NCBI RefSeq assembly: GCF_026210795.1
Contig: NC_089430.1
Location: 5,084,001 to 5,148,000 of the forward strand
Direction of reading: 5' to 3'
DNA from: Rhizophagus irregularis
Taxonomy: Eukaryota
Length of the DNA: 64,000 nucleotides
Shown here: in pieces, positions 38,701 to 51,500 of the stretch
How positions within the stretch are numbered: the stretch's first letter is position 1
How the letters are laid out: each line of letters opens with the position of its first letter
Program-made: the position numbers and the translations under genes
Notes under the pieces: generated by a model
The model's input: the letters and a program-made list of their open reading frames with translations, nothing else
The model's database searches: none
What the model was told of the DNA's origin: nothing

Positions 38701-39354
38701 ATGAATATATTTTTTTAAACAATTCGGATCAAAAATACTAAGCAATTCAGATACAATTTGGATATTCTGATCGGCGTCGATCGGCCTGCCAATCGGAACT
38801 TTTCCTAAATTAATAAATCGGCCATCTTTATCACCAAATTCGGCCTAAAATCGGACATCCGATTTCTAGCCGATTTGGACTATTTCGACCAGTGTTAAAA
38901 GAGCATCTCTCTTCAAAAAACAAAAACAAATCAATAAATTTTACGTTTTTGCGATTAATTTATATATATAATTTTATTAATATGAGTTTTTCTCATTTGG
39001 CTGATAACTGTTAAACAATAAAAGAATTTTTATACATGAAACACAAAAAATTATTTTGAATTTGATCGCAATTTTGTTAAAATTCATAGTTACAATTGAA
39101 TGTGTAAAATTGTTCTATTTTTTATTGGTTAGACTGGAGTTCATTGTCTGATCGGTCACACCAACTAATAAATTCGTGATCAAAAAATGCTGATCAAACA
39201 ACCCTGACTAATATATAATGAGTTGGAATTTTATTTCACTCAGGAGTGTATCATTAGATTTTTTATAATGTGTATGCATGCTTATGTTTTTGAAATTATA
39301 TAAATTTTTTATCGTACAAAGAAAAACTTTAATGTTTATTGTTTCCATGTAAGA

Positions 39355-40135
39355 TACGACTGACATAATTATTACTACTAAGTATGCGAAGGTTTCTGCA
39401 GTTCCTGCGAATTCTACTTTAATGACTTGTACGAAAAATTGCTTGGTTTAGTATAATGAGTAAGTATCGAAATCATGCGAATTTCTATCCATAATAATAA
39501 AACTCATGTTCACGTGTTTATGTTTTATTTCCATATATGATATAACAATGATATAATTATTAAATATTCGAAGGTTCAAGGTTCCTGCAGATTCTACTTT
39601 AATGACTTGTACAAAAAATTGCTTGGTTTAGTATAATGAGTAAGTATCGAAATCATGCGGTTCTATCCATAATAATAACAAGGAAAAAACTCATGTTCAC
39701 GCGTAATTATTTATTTCCATATAAAGTGATATAATTATTGAATATTCGAAGGTTTCTGCGGTTACTGCTTTAATGACTGGTACGCCTGGTTTAGAATAAT
39801 GAGTAAGTAATCGAAATTATCCTTATGTTCACGTGCGTGTTTTTATTTCCTCAACTGACATAATTATTACTAAGAAAGTTTTTTTGCTTGGTTTAGAATA
39901 ATGAGTAATTATGCGAATTGTACGAAAAAATTTCCTGGTTTAGAATAATGAGTAATTATGCGATTTATCCTTATGTTCACGCGCATTTGTTTTTATTTCC
40001 TCGACTGACATAATTATTACTAAGAAAGTTTCTGCGGTTCTGCTTAATGACTGGTACGAAAATTTGCATGATGTAATTATTGAGTATTCGAAAGTTTCTG
40101 TTAATGACTGGTACGAAAAATTGCTTGATTTGGTT
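39355..40135 (+). repeat. Diverged tandem repeats with splice-like signals
   Basis: Recurring TGGTTTAG(T/A)ATAATGAGTAAGT and ATGTTCACG...CTGACATAATTATTACTAAG. Confidence 0.75.
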
Positions 40136-40237
40136 TAAAGAGTTTTTTTTTTTTCATAAATAATGGTCAATTTTTTTTCTTCAGAAATATTTTTTTTTCT
40201 TAAATTGTAAGAAATCCCATTTTTCAAAAGTATCATT

Positions 40238-41420
40238 ATGGAATCAGGAAATAAATTGAGAGAATCCTCTCGTAAGAAAATTGAGGAATTGCTAATCGAT
40301 GGGAATCACAAGCGCAGTGATAGAAGCCGAAGCTGAAGCAGAAACAACAACAGTAAAACCAACATCAACACCAGCGAAACCATCAATGATGAAGTTAACG
40401 TTCTTCAGACTAAGAGATGGCTTCCTGTAAATTCAAAAATTGAAGGTATTCGCAAATATTTAAGAAATTAATAAAATTATCTTGTAATTAATATTTATTG
40501 TAATTATGGTAGATCGATTAACAAAGATTGAAAATAAAATTGATACTTTAAGTAAAGAAATACACGAGTTTAAATCCGAATTAAAAAATTTACTTTCTGA
40601 TAAAATAAATTTGTCATCAAGCGTTAAAGAATCATTCATAGTGGTAGGAATATCTTTGAAATATTTAATTTTATTATTTATTTACGTTCTAATTATTTTG
40701 ATTGAAGGATATTTAGTACTGAACCATGCGAGTTTTTTCTCTAATTTTACTGAAGACGATTGGATCACGTATTACAACGAGAATATACATAAACAAGTAA
40801 GTCCTTATTCGATGACAAAATGTTTAATAAAATAAAATAAAATATTAAGTATTAACTTTCTTTGTAAAGTTAACAAAACAAGTACGGTCCGTAAGAGGAA
40901 CATTGTCCTCGAAATCAAGGGAGGCTATTTTTTCTATATTTGGATCCCGTTTACCACCTATAAACACAAATGCCGGGCCGTCTGAAGTAGCAAAGTGGGA
41001 GAGAAACCCCGAAGTTAAAGATTGTTTTGAAGGCCTGTTCAAAAAAATGAATCCCAAGGACAAAAATTCTTCGATTGTTTTAGCAAGCGTTATTGACAGA
41101 GCCTTCCAAAATGACCATTCTAATGCAGAACTTGCATATGTTCTTGCGATCTGCTCAACAATTTTAAACCTAAATCATGACGAAATAAGGTGTAAAAAGA
41201 ATATCATGAAACAAAAAGTTAAAAAATTTTTAGTAAGTTTGTAATTTTGTAGTAGCATTTAATAAAATATCATTTCATGGCTAATCATATTATTCTTTAA
41301 AGAAAAAAATCAACAGTCAAACGGGCATAAGATATTCCGATTTTGAAGATAATAGCTATGAGGAAAAAGAAAGCGGAAATGAAACTGAAGATGAAGATGA
41401 TGATGTATAATAAGGTGAAT
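40238..41420 (+). pseudogene. Spliced gene of unknown function, probably degenerate
   Basis: Protein-like exon segments (VDRLTKIENKIDTLSKEIHEFKSEL; SKSREAIFSIFGSRLPPINTNAGPSEVAKW...) separated by short GT-AG AT-rich gaps; stops in the first exon. No family recognised. Confidence 0.5.
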
Positions 41421-42059
41421 TTTATTGTATGCATAAGATATTTTTTTTATTGGTGTGGCAGGACTGGTGAATTTTATGTTTTTGCGATTAATTTGTATAT
41501 AAAATTTATTAATTTGAGTTTTTCTCATTTGGCTGATAACTGTTAAACAAATAAAAGAATTTTTATCCATGAAACACAAAATTATTTTGAATTTGATCGC
41601 ACAAAATTTATCAATTTTGTTAAAATTCATTTTTTTGTTCCTCTTTCGCTATATTTGGAAAGTTAAATTTATTTCTATCAAGTCTGATGCCGAGTGCCGA
41701 CCATAAGAAATTATAAATTTGTGAAAAGTGTTACAAATTAACCTCTAGTTATTTGTTATATTATTTATATAGTATATATTATCAACACGTCATGCATATT
41801 TCTCTTAATTTTATATTTATCATGCAAGAATTTTTTTTTAATAGTCGAGGTCAGAATTCTTTAGGACTCTATCAAAATCATATAATTTGACTCACAGATT
41901 ACGAATTAATTTTATAAATCTAGTAAATTTGATAAATTAACCTATTATGGCATATACATGTGTTCATGTGATCATCTAAAAATAGCTAAACATGAATTAA
42001 ATAAACAAACTTAATATTCTCTATACGCTCTATTTTGCAAGGACCGCTCATTGTACATT

Positions 42060-43850
42060 TGCGTAGCAGAAGACTAGCAGAAGTATCATGGAAAGTATTT
42101 ATATATATTCATAGGCTTTATGAATATTTATAATATTAATAAATTATACATGAAAAAGCTTTGCAACAGCTGCTGGAAAAATGAACGCGTACTTTCAATA
42201 TAGTAGAAGTATGGAAGTTATTTATATTTCATAATTTCATTAATATTCGTAGGTTTACAACTATTTCATAATATTAATAATTGTTCATGGAAAGTTTTGC
42301 GTACAATATAATGGTAAAGGTATGGAAAGTATTTATACTCCATAATTTAACTATTTTATATAATATTAATAATTATAACTGTTGGTCTAACTTTTGAACT
42401 TATAAAGTAAAAATAAAATTAATGCGTGCTCTCAATGTAGTAGTGTAGAAGGAATGGAAGGTATTTGTACTTTGTAATTTCGTTAATGTGTTTACGTCTT
42501 TTTTATAAAAAATATTAATAATCACGCATAATGAACTGTTGGTTTAACTTTTTGAACTTGTAGAAATAAAGTTAACGCGTGCTTTCAATGTAGTAGTGTA
42601 GAAGGAATGGAAGGTATTTGTACTTTATAATTTCGTTAATGTTCGTATGTTTACGTCTTTTTTATAAAATATTAATAATCACATAAAATGACAACTGTTG
42701 ACCCAACTTATTGAACTTGAATATTCGTTGATGCAGAAATGAATTTAACGCTCTCAACGTAGTAGTGTAGAAGGAATGGAAGGTATGTACTTCACGATTT
42801 CGTTAATGTTCGTATGTTTACGTCTTTTTTTATAAAAAATATTAATAATCACGCATATTGAAACTGTTGGTTTAACTTTTGAACTTGTAGAAATAAAGTT
42901 AACGCGTGCTCTCAACGTAATAGTGTAGAAGAGATGGAAGGTATGATCACAACTGTTGGTCCAACTTTTTGAACTTGTAATTGTTTGTTTGACGTAGTAG
43001 TGTAGAAGGAATGGAAGGTATGTACTTCACGATTTCGTTAATGTTCATATGTTTACGTCTTTTTTATAAAAAATATTAATAATCACGCATATTGAAACTG
43101 TTAGTTTAACTTTTTGAACTTATAGAAATAAAGTTAACGCGTGCTCTTAACGTAATAGTGTAGAAGGGATAGAAGGTATGTATTCCTTAATTTCGTTAAT
43201 GTTCGTATGTTTACGACTTTTTAATAATAATCACAACTGTTTGGTCCAACTTTTTGAACTTGTAATGTTTGTTTGATGTAGAGATGAATTTAACGCTCTC
43301 AACGTAGTAGTGTAGAAGGAATGGAAGGTATGTACTTCACGATTTCGTTAATGTTCGTATGTTTACGTCTTTTTTATAAAAAATATTAATAATCACACAT
43401 ATTGAAACTGTTGGTTTAACCTTTTGAACTTGTAGAAATAAAGTTAACGCGTGCTCCCAACGTAATAGTGTAGAAGGGATGGAAGGTATGTATTCCTTAA
43501 TTTCGTTAATGTTCGTATGTTTACGACTTTTTAATAATAATCACAACTGTTTGGTCCAACTTTTTGAACTTGTAATGTTTGTTTGATGTAGAGATGAATT
43601 TAACACATGTTCTCAACGTAATAGTGTAGAAGGAGTGGAAGGTATGTACCTCACAATTTCGTTAATGTTCGTAAGTTTACTTTTTTTTTATAAAAAATAT
43701 TAATAATCACGCATAATGATAACTGTTGGTCTAACTTTTGATCTTGTAATATTCGTTGATGCAGAAATGAATTTAACGCATGCTATCAACGTAGCAGTGT
43801 AAAAGGACTGAAGGTATGTACTTCATAATTTTGTTAATGTTCGTACAACT
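42060..43850 (+). repeat. Tandem 100-180 bp units built around TAGTGTAG|AAGGAATGGAAG|GTATGT
   Basis: About 10 clear copies at 42430-43820, with diverged copies upstream. Confidence 0.85.
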
Positions 43851-44264
43851 TTATTACAATTATGTTTATAGGTTAAGTTTTAATAACAATTTGTCTTTAC
43901 AACACATCCTTTTGATATTAACAAATAATGTTATCCAAATGACTTTTATTTTATAATATCAGATATAGCAAAATATTAATCACAGATGAAATAGAAGTGA
44001 AGTTGAAAAATAAAAAGTCAAAGAACGAAAGTCAAATAAATGAAGATGAGCGACAAATAAGATTAAAAAAATTCTATTGACGAGATTGAACGCAATATTA
44101 TGATAGTTTTAAATACAAATTATTTATTGTAGCTATATTTCGAATAAAAATACAAAAATTACATAAATTTATAAAATATTACGTGTAAGTTACAGTGAAA
44201 AATGTTATTTTGTAATTACATATATTAATCACTTGAATTTGTGAAAAAAGTTCGCGAAATAATA

Positions 44265-44870
44265 ATATTTTGGAAAAGTTTCGAAATATTGTACCGTAAA
44301 CCTGCGAAATTCTGTGATGTAAAATTACGAAATGTTATACTTTCGGAAAAGTTTCGAAATATTATACCGTAAACCTACGAAATTCTGCGATGTAAAATTA
44401 CGAAATATTATACCTTCAGAAAAGTTTCGAAATATTATACCGTAAACCTACGAAATCCTACGACGTAAAATTACGAAATATTACATTTTTGAAAAGTTTC
44501 GAAATATTGCACCCGTAAACCTACAAAAATCCTACGAACTAAAATTACGAAATATTACACTTTCGAAAAGTTTCGAAATATTGCACCCGTAAACCTACAA
44601 AAATCCCACGACGTAAAATTACGAAATATTACACTTTCAAAAAGTTTTGAAATATTGCACCGTAAATCTAAGAAATTCTACGATGTAAAATTTACATACA
44701 TGGCAATATTACACTGTAATTCTACGAAATATTACGCGTAAACTTACGAAATATTGCGTTGAAATTACGAAATATTACTGTTGCGTAATTTTTCGAAGGT
44801 CATGTAAATTTACGGAGTATTTCGCAGGCGTAAATTTTCGTAATATTACGCCGTATTCAATTTGCAGATG
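44265..44870. repeat. ~73-bp tandem repeat, about 6 copies plus a degenerate tail
   Basis: Recurring GAAAAGTTTCGAAATATT...CCGTAAACCTACGAAAT...AAAATTACGAAATATTA. Confidence 0.88.
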
Positions 44871-46083
44871 TAAGTATATTGTTATATGATTGTAATTGGC
44901 CAACGTCTAGCCATAGGTCACACAACTTGCCATTTGCATTATCGAGTTGCCGATTTAATTCGTCAATTCTTCCCCATAAATAGGCATTTTCTTCTCAGAG
45001 ATCATATATTTCTAAAAAAACGTTAAAGTTGACCAGAACTCTAAAATGAATACAAAAGTCAATTGTAGCTCACCATTTACATCTCTAGTCCAATTACTAC
45101 TATAAGGTTCACGTATAATTGGCGTTAATTCTCTCCTATATAGTTCAGCGGTACGTACATTGCTCCTATACGGTTTGGCGACGTGTACATTGCTCCTATA
45201 TGGTTCGGTGGTGTGTGTAATGGGCATTAATTCCATTGTCGGGCTGGTAGTGTAGTCGCTACGCTCCTCCACCTCGGCCTCACGGCTTCGCAGTACCTCC
45301 TTCCCCCTTCGTGGGGCAGGTTTACCTGCCACAGTACCATGGTCTGCCATGGTATTTTTCCACTTATTTTTTTTTCTATATTTTTTCTTATATATAACTT
45401 ACTATGGCAACTATGGCAACTATGGCAACTATGGCAGACTACTAAAAAACAGAATAAAAACACGAATAAAGCCAAAATCAGACAGAATCTCCTGCCATAG
45501 TATCTGCCATAGTATGAAAAATCTTATGATAATACTATGGCAGCCATAGTCAGCTCCTCAGACCCTAAAACCCAATTTATGCTATGACTACCCTTTATAC
45601 ACTCACTTATACTTCCAAGTATGACCCCCATATGTCCTGAACTATGGCACCTGAACTATGGCAGCATGTCCCGAACTATGGCAGCCGAAATATGACACCC
45701 AAACTATGGCAGCTGAACTATGACCCCCAAGTATGACCACTCTATATCCCGAACTATGGCAGCTGAACTATGGACACCTTAGTCAGCCCCTCAGGCTCCA
45801 AAACCCGATTAAAGCTATAATTACCCTTTATACACTTACCTGGACCTCCAAGTATGTCCCAAACTATGACCACTAAACTATGACTACCAAATTATGACCA
45901 CTGAACTATGGCCACTTGCTCCGTCAGAAAAAATAGTAATTGAACAATAGGTAAACCATAAGTAATATATAAGAATACCTAACACGAAACATGCATATGA
46001 TAAACTTGCATGCAGCTACTTCTCTTGCCAAAGATCTTGGACTTGATCTTGTAGACATCTATGGAATCTGTAAATAGACCCAA

Positions 46084-46434
46084 ATGCAAGCATCACCTCT
46101 CAATGACCCAGACATAGTAGCAGGGATGTTCAGAAACCTTCCGATCAAAAAATTTGGAAAGCACCTCAAGATAAACAGACTCTGGTACAACTGTTGTAAA
46201 GCTGAGTTGTGGAAGCGGCATGAGAAAACCGATGAGGCATACGACAAGGCAGTAGAAAAGAGGGAAAAAGCGGGGGATGCTCTTGGTCAATCATATGAAA
46301 GGGAGGGTATTGGAAATCATGAACTTCATGAGCTTAAATGGAAGGAGTATCATAAGGCTTGTAAAGAGAAAATAGAAGCCAGAATAGAGCATGGTATGGT
46401 AAGGCAAGCTCTTGAGCAGTGTGGATTTTACTAG
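46084..46434 (+). CDS. Small intronless protein with F-box-like N-terminus and charged helical tail
   Basis: LNDPDIVAGMFRNLPIKKFGKHLKINRLWYNCCKAELWKR resembles the F-box pattern; clearly paralogous to 46659-47171. Confidence 0.55.
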   Translation: MQASPLNDPDIVAGMFRNLPIKKFGKHLKINRLWYNCCKAELWKRHEKTDEAYDKAVEKREKAGDALGQSYEREGIGNHELHELKWKEYHKACKEKIEARIEHGMVRQALEQCGFY

Positions 46435-46658
46435 ATATATGTGGATTGAAAAAGAGGAAGGGAAGATTTAGAGCAGTCGTAAAGGTTTATGGTTTATAGG
46501 TTTTTTTTTATCCCTAGAAGATAACCAGGTATGACCGGAGGACCGCAGGACTGCAGGATCGCAGGAGGATAACCAGATAGGAGTGCAGATCTTTGGAAAA
46601 AATATATTCGGCAATTGAAGATTAGGTAGACCATAAGTAACCTATAAGGACAAACAAC

Positions 46659-47171
46659 ATGTATACCGCAGAAAAGTCAGCAACAATCTTCAGCTGCACA
46701 GTCCCTGATCTTATAGATATCAATAGGGAAATACTTCTTGAGCAATGCAGAAAGCAAAGCCCTAAGATTGTGGATATCTTCATTGCGGTCTGTCCGATTA
46801 ATAAATTTGGCAAACATCTATTACATAACCGCACTTGGTATACTTGGTGTAGAGACGAATTATGGAAACGGCATAAAGAAGCTGAACAAGTATATGGCAG
46901 AGCGGCAGATGAAGACAAGAAAGCTGGGAAGGCTTATTGGCAAACATTCGAGGGTGATAGAAAGAATGTCAATAAAGCTTACGAAGAATGTGAAAAAGCT
47001 CACGATAAAAAATATACCACCTTTAAAAAAATGGTAACCATAGAACAAGCTATTCTCCGTTGTAGTTTTGTAACAAGAAAATCTAACTGGGGAGAGTACT
47101 ACTGGATGATGCACAACTTCGAGTTATTTAAGAAAGATGATAAAGATGATAAATATATTATTATAAGTTAG
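46659..47171 (+). CDS. Paralog of 46084-46434, F-box-like
   Basis: PKIVDIFIAVCPINKFGKHLLHNRTWYTWCRDELWKRH aligns with the previous ORF, as does the tail (EQAILRCSF versus RQALEQCGF). Confidence 0.55.
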   Translation: MYTAEKSATIFSCTVPDLIDINREILLEQCRKQSPKIVDIFIAVCPINKFGKHLLHNRTWYTWCRDELWKRHKEAEQVYGRAADEDKKAGKAYWQTFEGDRKNVNKAYEECEKAHDKKYTTFKKMVTIEQAILRCSFVTRKSNWGEYYWMMHNFELFKKDDKDDKYIIIS

Positions 47172-47215
47172 TTGTTCTTTGTAAGGCAGTGATTTTTAAA
47201 TAGTTAAGTTTATTT

Positions 47216-47450
47216 AGGACCCAGAAATATATATATAGGGGTCAGGTGATGAAAAAAATTTTTTACTATGAGCTGTACGCATTTTTCCAGGGCTGGAATT
47301 ATGATAATGTCAGTCGGTAACTATAATAGGAAATAAAATTCTGACCAGCATTATCAAAAATTATCTAAAAAAGGAAAGATTTTCATGATTTTTTTTAGTT
47401 CAAAATACGCAAACTCAAACCTGATCCTTTTATATATATTTCTGGGTCCT
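47216..47450. mobile_element. Fold-back MITE with 8-bp TSD
   Basis: AGGACCCAGAAATATATATA...TATATATATTTCTGGGTCCT; flanks GTTTATTT/GTTCATTT. Confidence 0.8.
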
Positions 47451-48568
47451 GTTCATTTACTATGTAATATTACAAATAATTTGTGTTAAACTTAATAATT
47501 TTCCGCAAACTATTTTATTTAAAGTACCATCTTTTATAGATTTAAGCTCCTCTTTATCCTTACTTCTTTAACTTTAGATACCTTATTTATTTATGATTCA
47601 ACTGTGAACTATGCGTTTTATTATATTATTGTAATTTATTGTATACCAAACTTTTTATTGGTTTTTCATTGAAAAAAAAACACTCTTTCTTTATTAATTA
47701 CTTTCTTTTTTATTTCTTTATTGAAAAAGTAATTTTCATTAGTAGATCAAAAAAAAACTTAAATGATGACATTATTATTTTTTTCTAACCTACGCTTAAA
47801 AAAAAAAGAAACAAACTATAATTATTTAAATAACAATTTCAAATATAAAATTTTTAAGTATATTATAAAATTTAAAAGAAAATGTTGATATTTATCATAT
47901 ATAAAAAGTATAATAATTAATTTTATTGAAATCAATGTTAAATTTATGGGATATTAGTTTTTTATACGTGAATTTGATCTTAATTGTTAATGGATAATTA
48001 AAAAAATATCACCAGTAATATAATTAAAGCTATTCCATATTGCAATATAATTTTCAATTATTTTAAATCAGGAACATATTATTAATTTTATTACTCCACA
48101 TTTTAGTTTAAAAAGTTTTTATTTAATCAATAATAAATCAAGTAAATATAAGATAAATGAAAAAAAATATAATAAATATATAAAAGTTAAACAATAAGGC
48201 CAGTATAATTTAAAATTCAATCTAGCATTATTTCTATTTCTACTATTCTCTAATTTTATCATTATACTTTATAGCTTTATCAAATTAATTAAAAATTGCA
48301 ATTCACAACTAATTATTGAAAGGCAAAAAACAATCATTTTTAAACCAATAAAGTAGTCTATAATTGTTACCTTTTCACTGAAGAATAATGATTGTTAAAT
48401 TTTTAACCTATAATGGCGAAAAAAAAATACTTAAAAATATAAAATTTCTAAAATTTTACAATAACTAAAATAGTAAATGGTTTTCTTGCCCTTAGATTTG
48501 CTATTCTAGTCTAAAAAGCGAACAAATAAATAAGTATATTATATTCATATTTAGGAATAATTACCATC

Positions 48569-51500
48569 TTACAATTGAGAAATATCAATTTGTAGTGATT
48601 CTATTTAATAGAAAGAAATTAGTATTTTTTAAATAATAAACTGATATCATTTTATTAAGCAATACCTGAAGAATTCGAACTAATCACATCATCATTTTTT
48701 TTGTAAGAATCATCAGAATTATCTGGCTCAGGAAAATTACTTAATTGTAGAATATCACTTTGTAAGGATTCTATTTAATGAATTAAAAATTTATTAATAT
48801 ACTTACAATTAGTTTTATTTTTTATAAAACATACCTTTTGTTTTTATGTTAAATTTGTCATTTTTCTTATAAATATCATTTGAATTTTTTAGTTCATTGA
48901 AATTATTATTTTCCAATTGAGAAATATCAATTTGTAAGGATTCTATTAAAGATTAAACCTGATCAGTATTTTTTACAATTAATATGAAAATTTTTTTTAC
49001 TAATAATACCTGAAAATTTCATGCTAATTATATTATCATTTACTTCATAATAATCGTCAGAATTTTTTTGCTCAGGAAGATTACTAAAATCAAGTAATCT
49101 ACTGGTATAAACAGCTTCTGAATGTGTTACATAAGATATTCCTAAATTTGTCGAAGTTATACTGCTATTTGATGAACTTTTGTTTATTTCATCAATTTCC
49201 TTAATTTGCTTTTGTATACTTGTATAATTAATAATATTACTATTATTTATCAAATCAACTAATTCTCTAAGCCATTGACTTAAAGTTTTTTTAATTTCTT
49301 CTGCATTTGGTCGATTTGATTGATTTGCATCCAAGCATCTTTTAATTAAATGCACAATCAAATAAGGTACTTTAATATTAAACCTTGGTCGAAGTCCTTT
49401 ACAAATTTTCATTGTTAAATCTATATCATGACCTACATCATAATACGGAGGTAATCCAGAAATTACTTCATACATTACTATACCAAAACTATAAATATCT
49501 GCAGCTTTTGTATAATTTTGTCCACGTAAAATTTCAGGGGCAATATAAGGTAAAATACCATATATTTTGCTTTTTGCATTTTCCGATGTATTATAATCAG
49601 CAGGTTTACATAATCCCATATCAGTTATACAAGTGAGATTTTTGAGCCTTAATATATTACCAATATGCAAATCTCGATGAATTAATTCTATTTCATGAAT
49701 ATTTTTGAGTCCATGTGCAATGCTATGTAAATAATTAATCTTATCACCCCAATTCAATTTACTATAATTTGTATCTAAATAATTTCGTAAACTTCCATTT
49801 TCTGCATAATCTAAAACCATAATGTAATTTTCAGTTTTTGGGTCTTGAGTTATTCCATAAAATTTAATAAAGCGTTTATGCAAATTTACTTTATGATGTA
49901 ATGTAATCTATAAATATTATAAATAAGTATCAATACTTAAATTAAATATTTATTAAGAATAGTTAAATAGCTTACCTCATTCATAAATTCCAATGTAACA
50001 TTTCTTGAATTATTTAAACTTTTCAGAGCTACAACCATGTTTTGATCCTTTCTTTTCCAATTTTGATTATGATCATCCCATTTATCAATATAACCATCAA
50101 ACCATTTTGCTTTATATACTTTTCCAAACCCACCTTTTGCAATATATTTAATATCATAAAATCTATCATAAGGTATCCATTCTAATACATTTTTTACACC
50201 ATAATAACAAGCATGTTCTGATAGCTGAGTATCTTGAATAAATTTATCGATAACATTATTACCACTAGTCAAATTTTTAAAATGATACACTTTATTACAT
50301 TTTTCACATATATTCTCCAAAACGACCATATAGTTCTTGGTTTCTGGATCTTGAGTTATTCCATAAACTTTAGAAGGTACTGCAATCTATAATGTATTTA
50401 AAATTAAAAAATTGGTAAAAATTAAAATTTCAACTATTTGTTTTTTTAAGCATCTGGCAATTTTTTTTTTTTTCACAAATGGTACAATACAATATGATTA
50501 ATTTGTATTACAATTCACAAAAAAAATGAAACTTTTAATAAATTTATTATACCTTATTTATAAGTTTTAATGTAATACTTGCTGGATTATTTAAAATTTT
50601 CAGAATTACAAACATATTTTGACATTTTCTTTCCTTTTGATTTTCATTATTCCATATATTTATATATCCATCAATCCAATTTGCTCTGTAAATTTTGCCT
50701 AACTCATCATCTTCTGCAATATATTTAACATCATAAAGTCTATCATAAGGTATCCATTCTAATGCATGTGATATTTCACTATCCTTATGAACCAATAACT
50801 GAGTATCTTGAATAAATTTATCAATATCATTATTACCACTAGTCCAATTTTTAAAATTTCGTTGAAAACGCATTGAATCACATGCTTCACTACATTTTTC
50901 ACATTTATCCTTTAAAACTACCATATAGTTCTTGGTTTCTGGATCTTGAGTTATTCCATAAACTTTATAAAGTACTGCAATCTACAATATATTAAAATAG
51001 AAATATTAGTAAAATTAACTATTTGTTTTAAATTAACTGGCAATTTTTTTTCACAAAATGGCATAGTACAATGTGATTAATATATATCATAATTCACAAA
51101 AAAAATGAAACTTTTAATAAATTTATTCTACCTTATTTATAAGTTTTAATGTAATACTTGCTGGATTATTTAAAATTTTCAGAATTACAAACATATTTTG
51201 ACATTTTCTTTCCTTTTGATTTTCATTATTCCATATATTTATATATCCATCAATCCAATTTGCTCTGTACATTTTGCCAAACTCAATATATTTAACATCA
51301 TAAAGTCTATTGTAAGGTATCCATTCTAATGCATGTGATATTTCACTATCCTTATGAACCAATAACTGAGTATCTTGAATAAATTTATCAATATCATTAT
51401 TACCACTAGTCCAATTTTTAAAATTTCGTTGAAAACGCATTGAATCACATGCTTCATTACATTTTTCACATATATCCTTTAAAACTACCATATAGCTCTT

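Larger units (their letters stand above)
30490..38894. mobile_element. Near-intact CACTA/En-Spm-like DNA transposon (8.4 kb), two divergent genes
   Basis: CACTGGTCGAAAT at 30490 and ATTTCGACCAGTG ending 38894; flanks TTC/TTA (imperfect TSD); subterminal tandem arrays at both ends. Confidence 0.85.
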
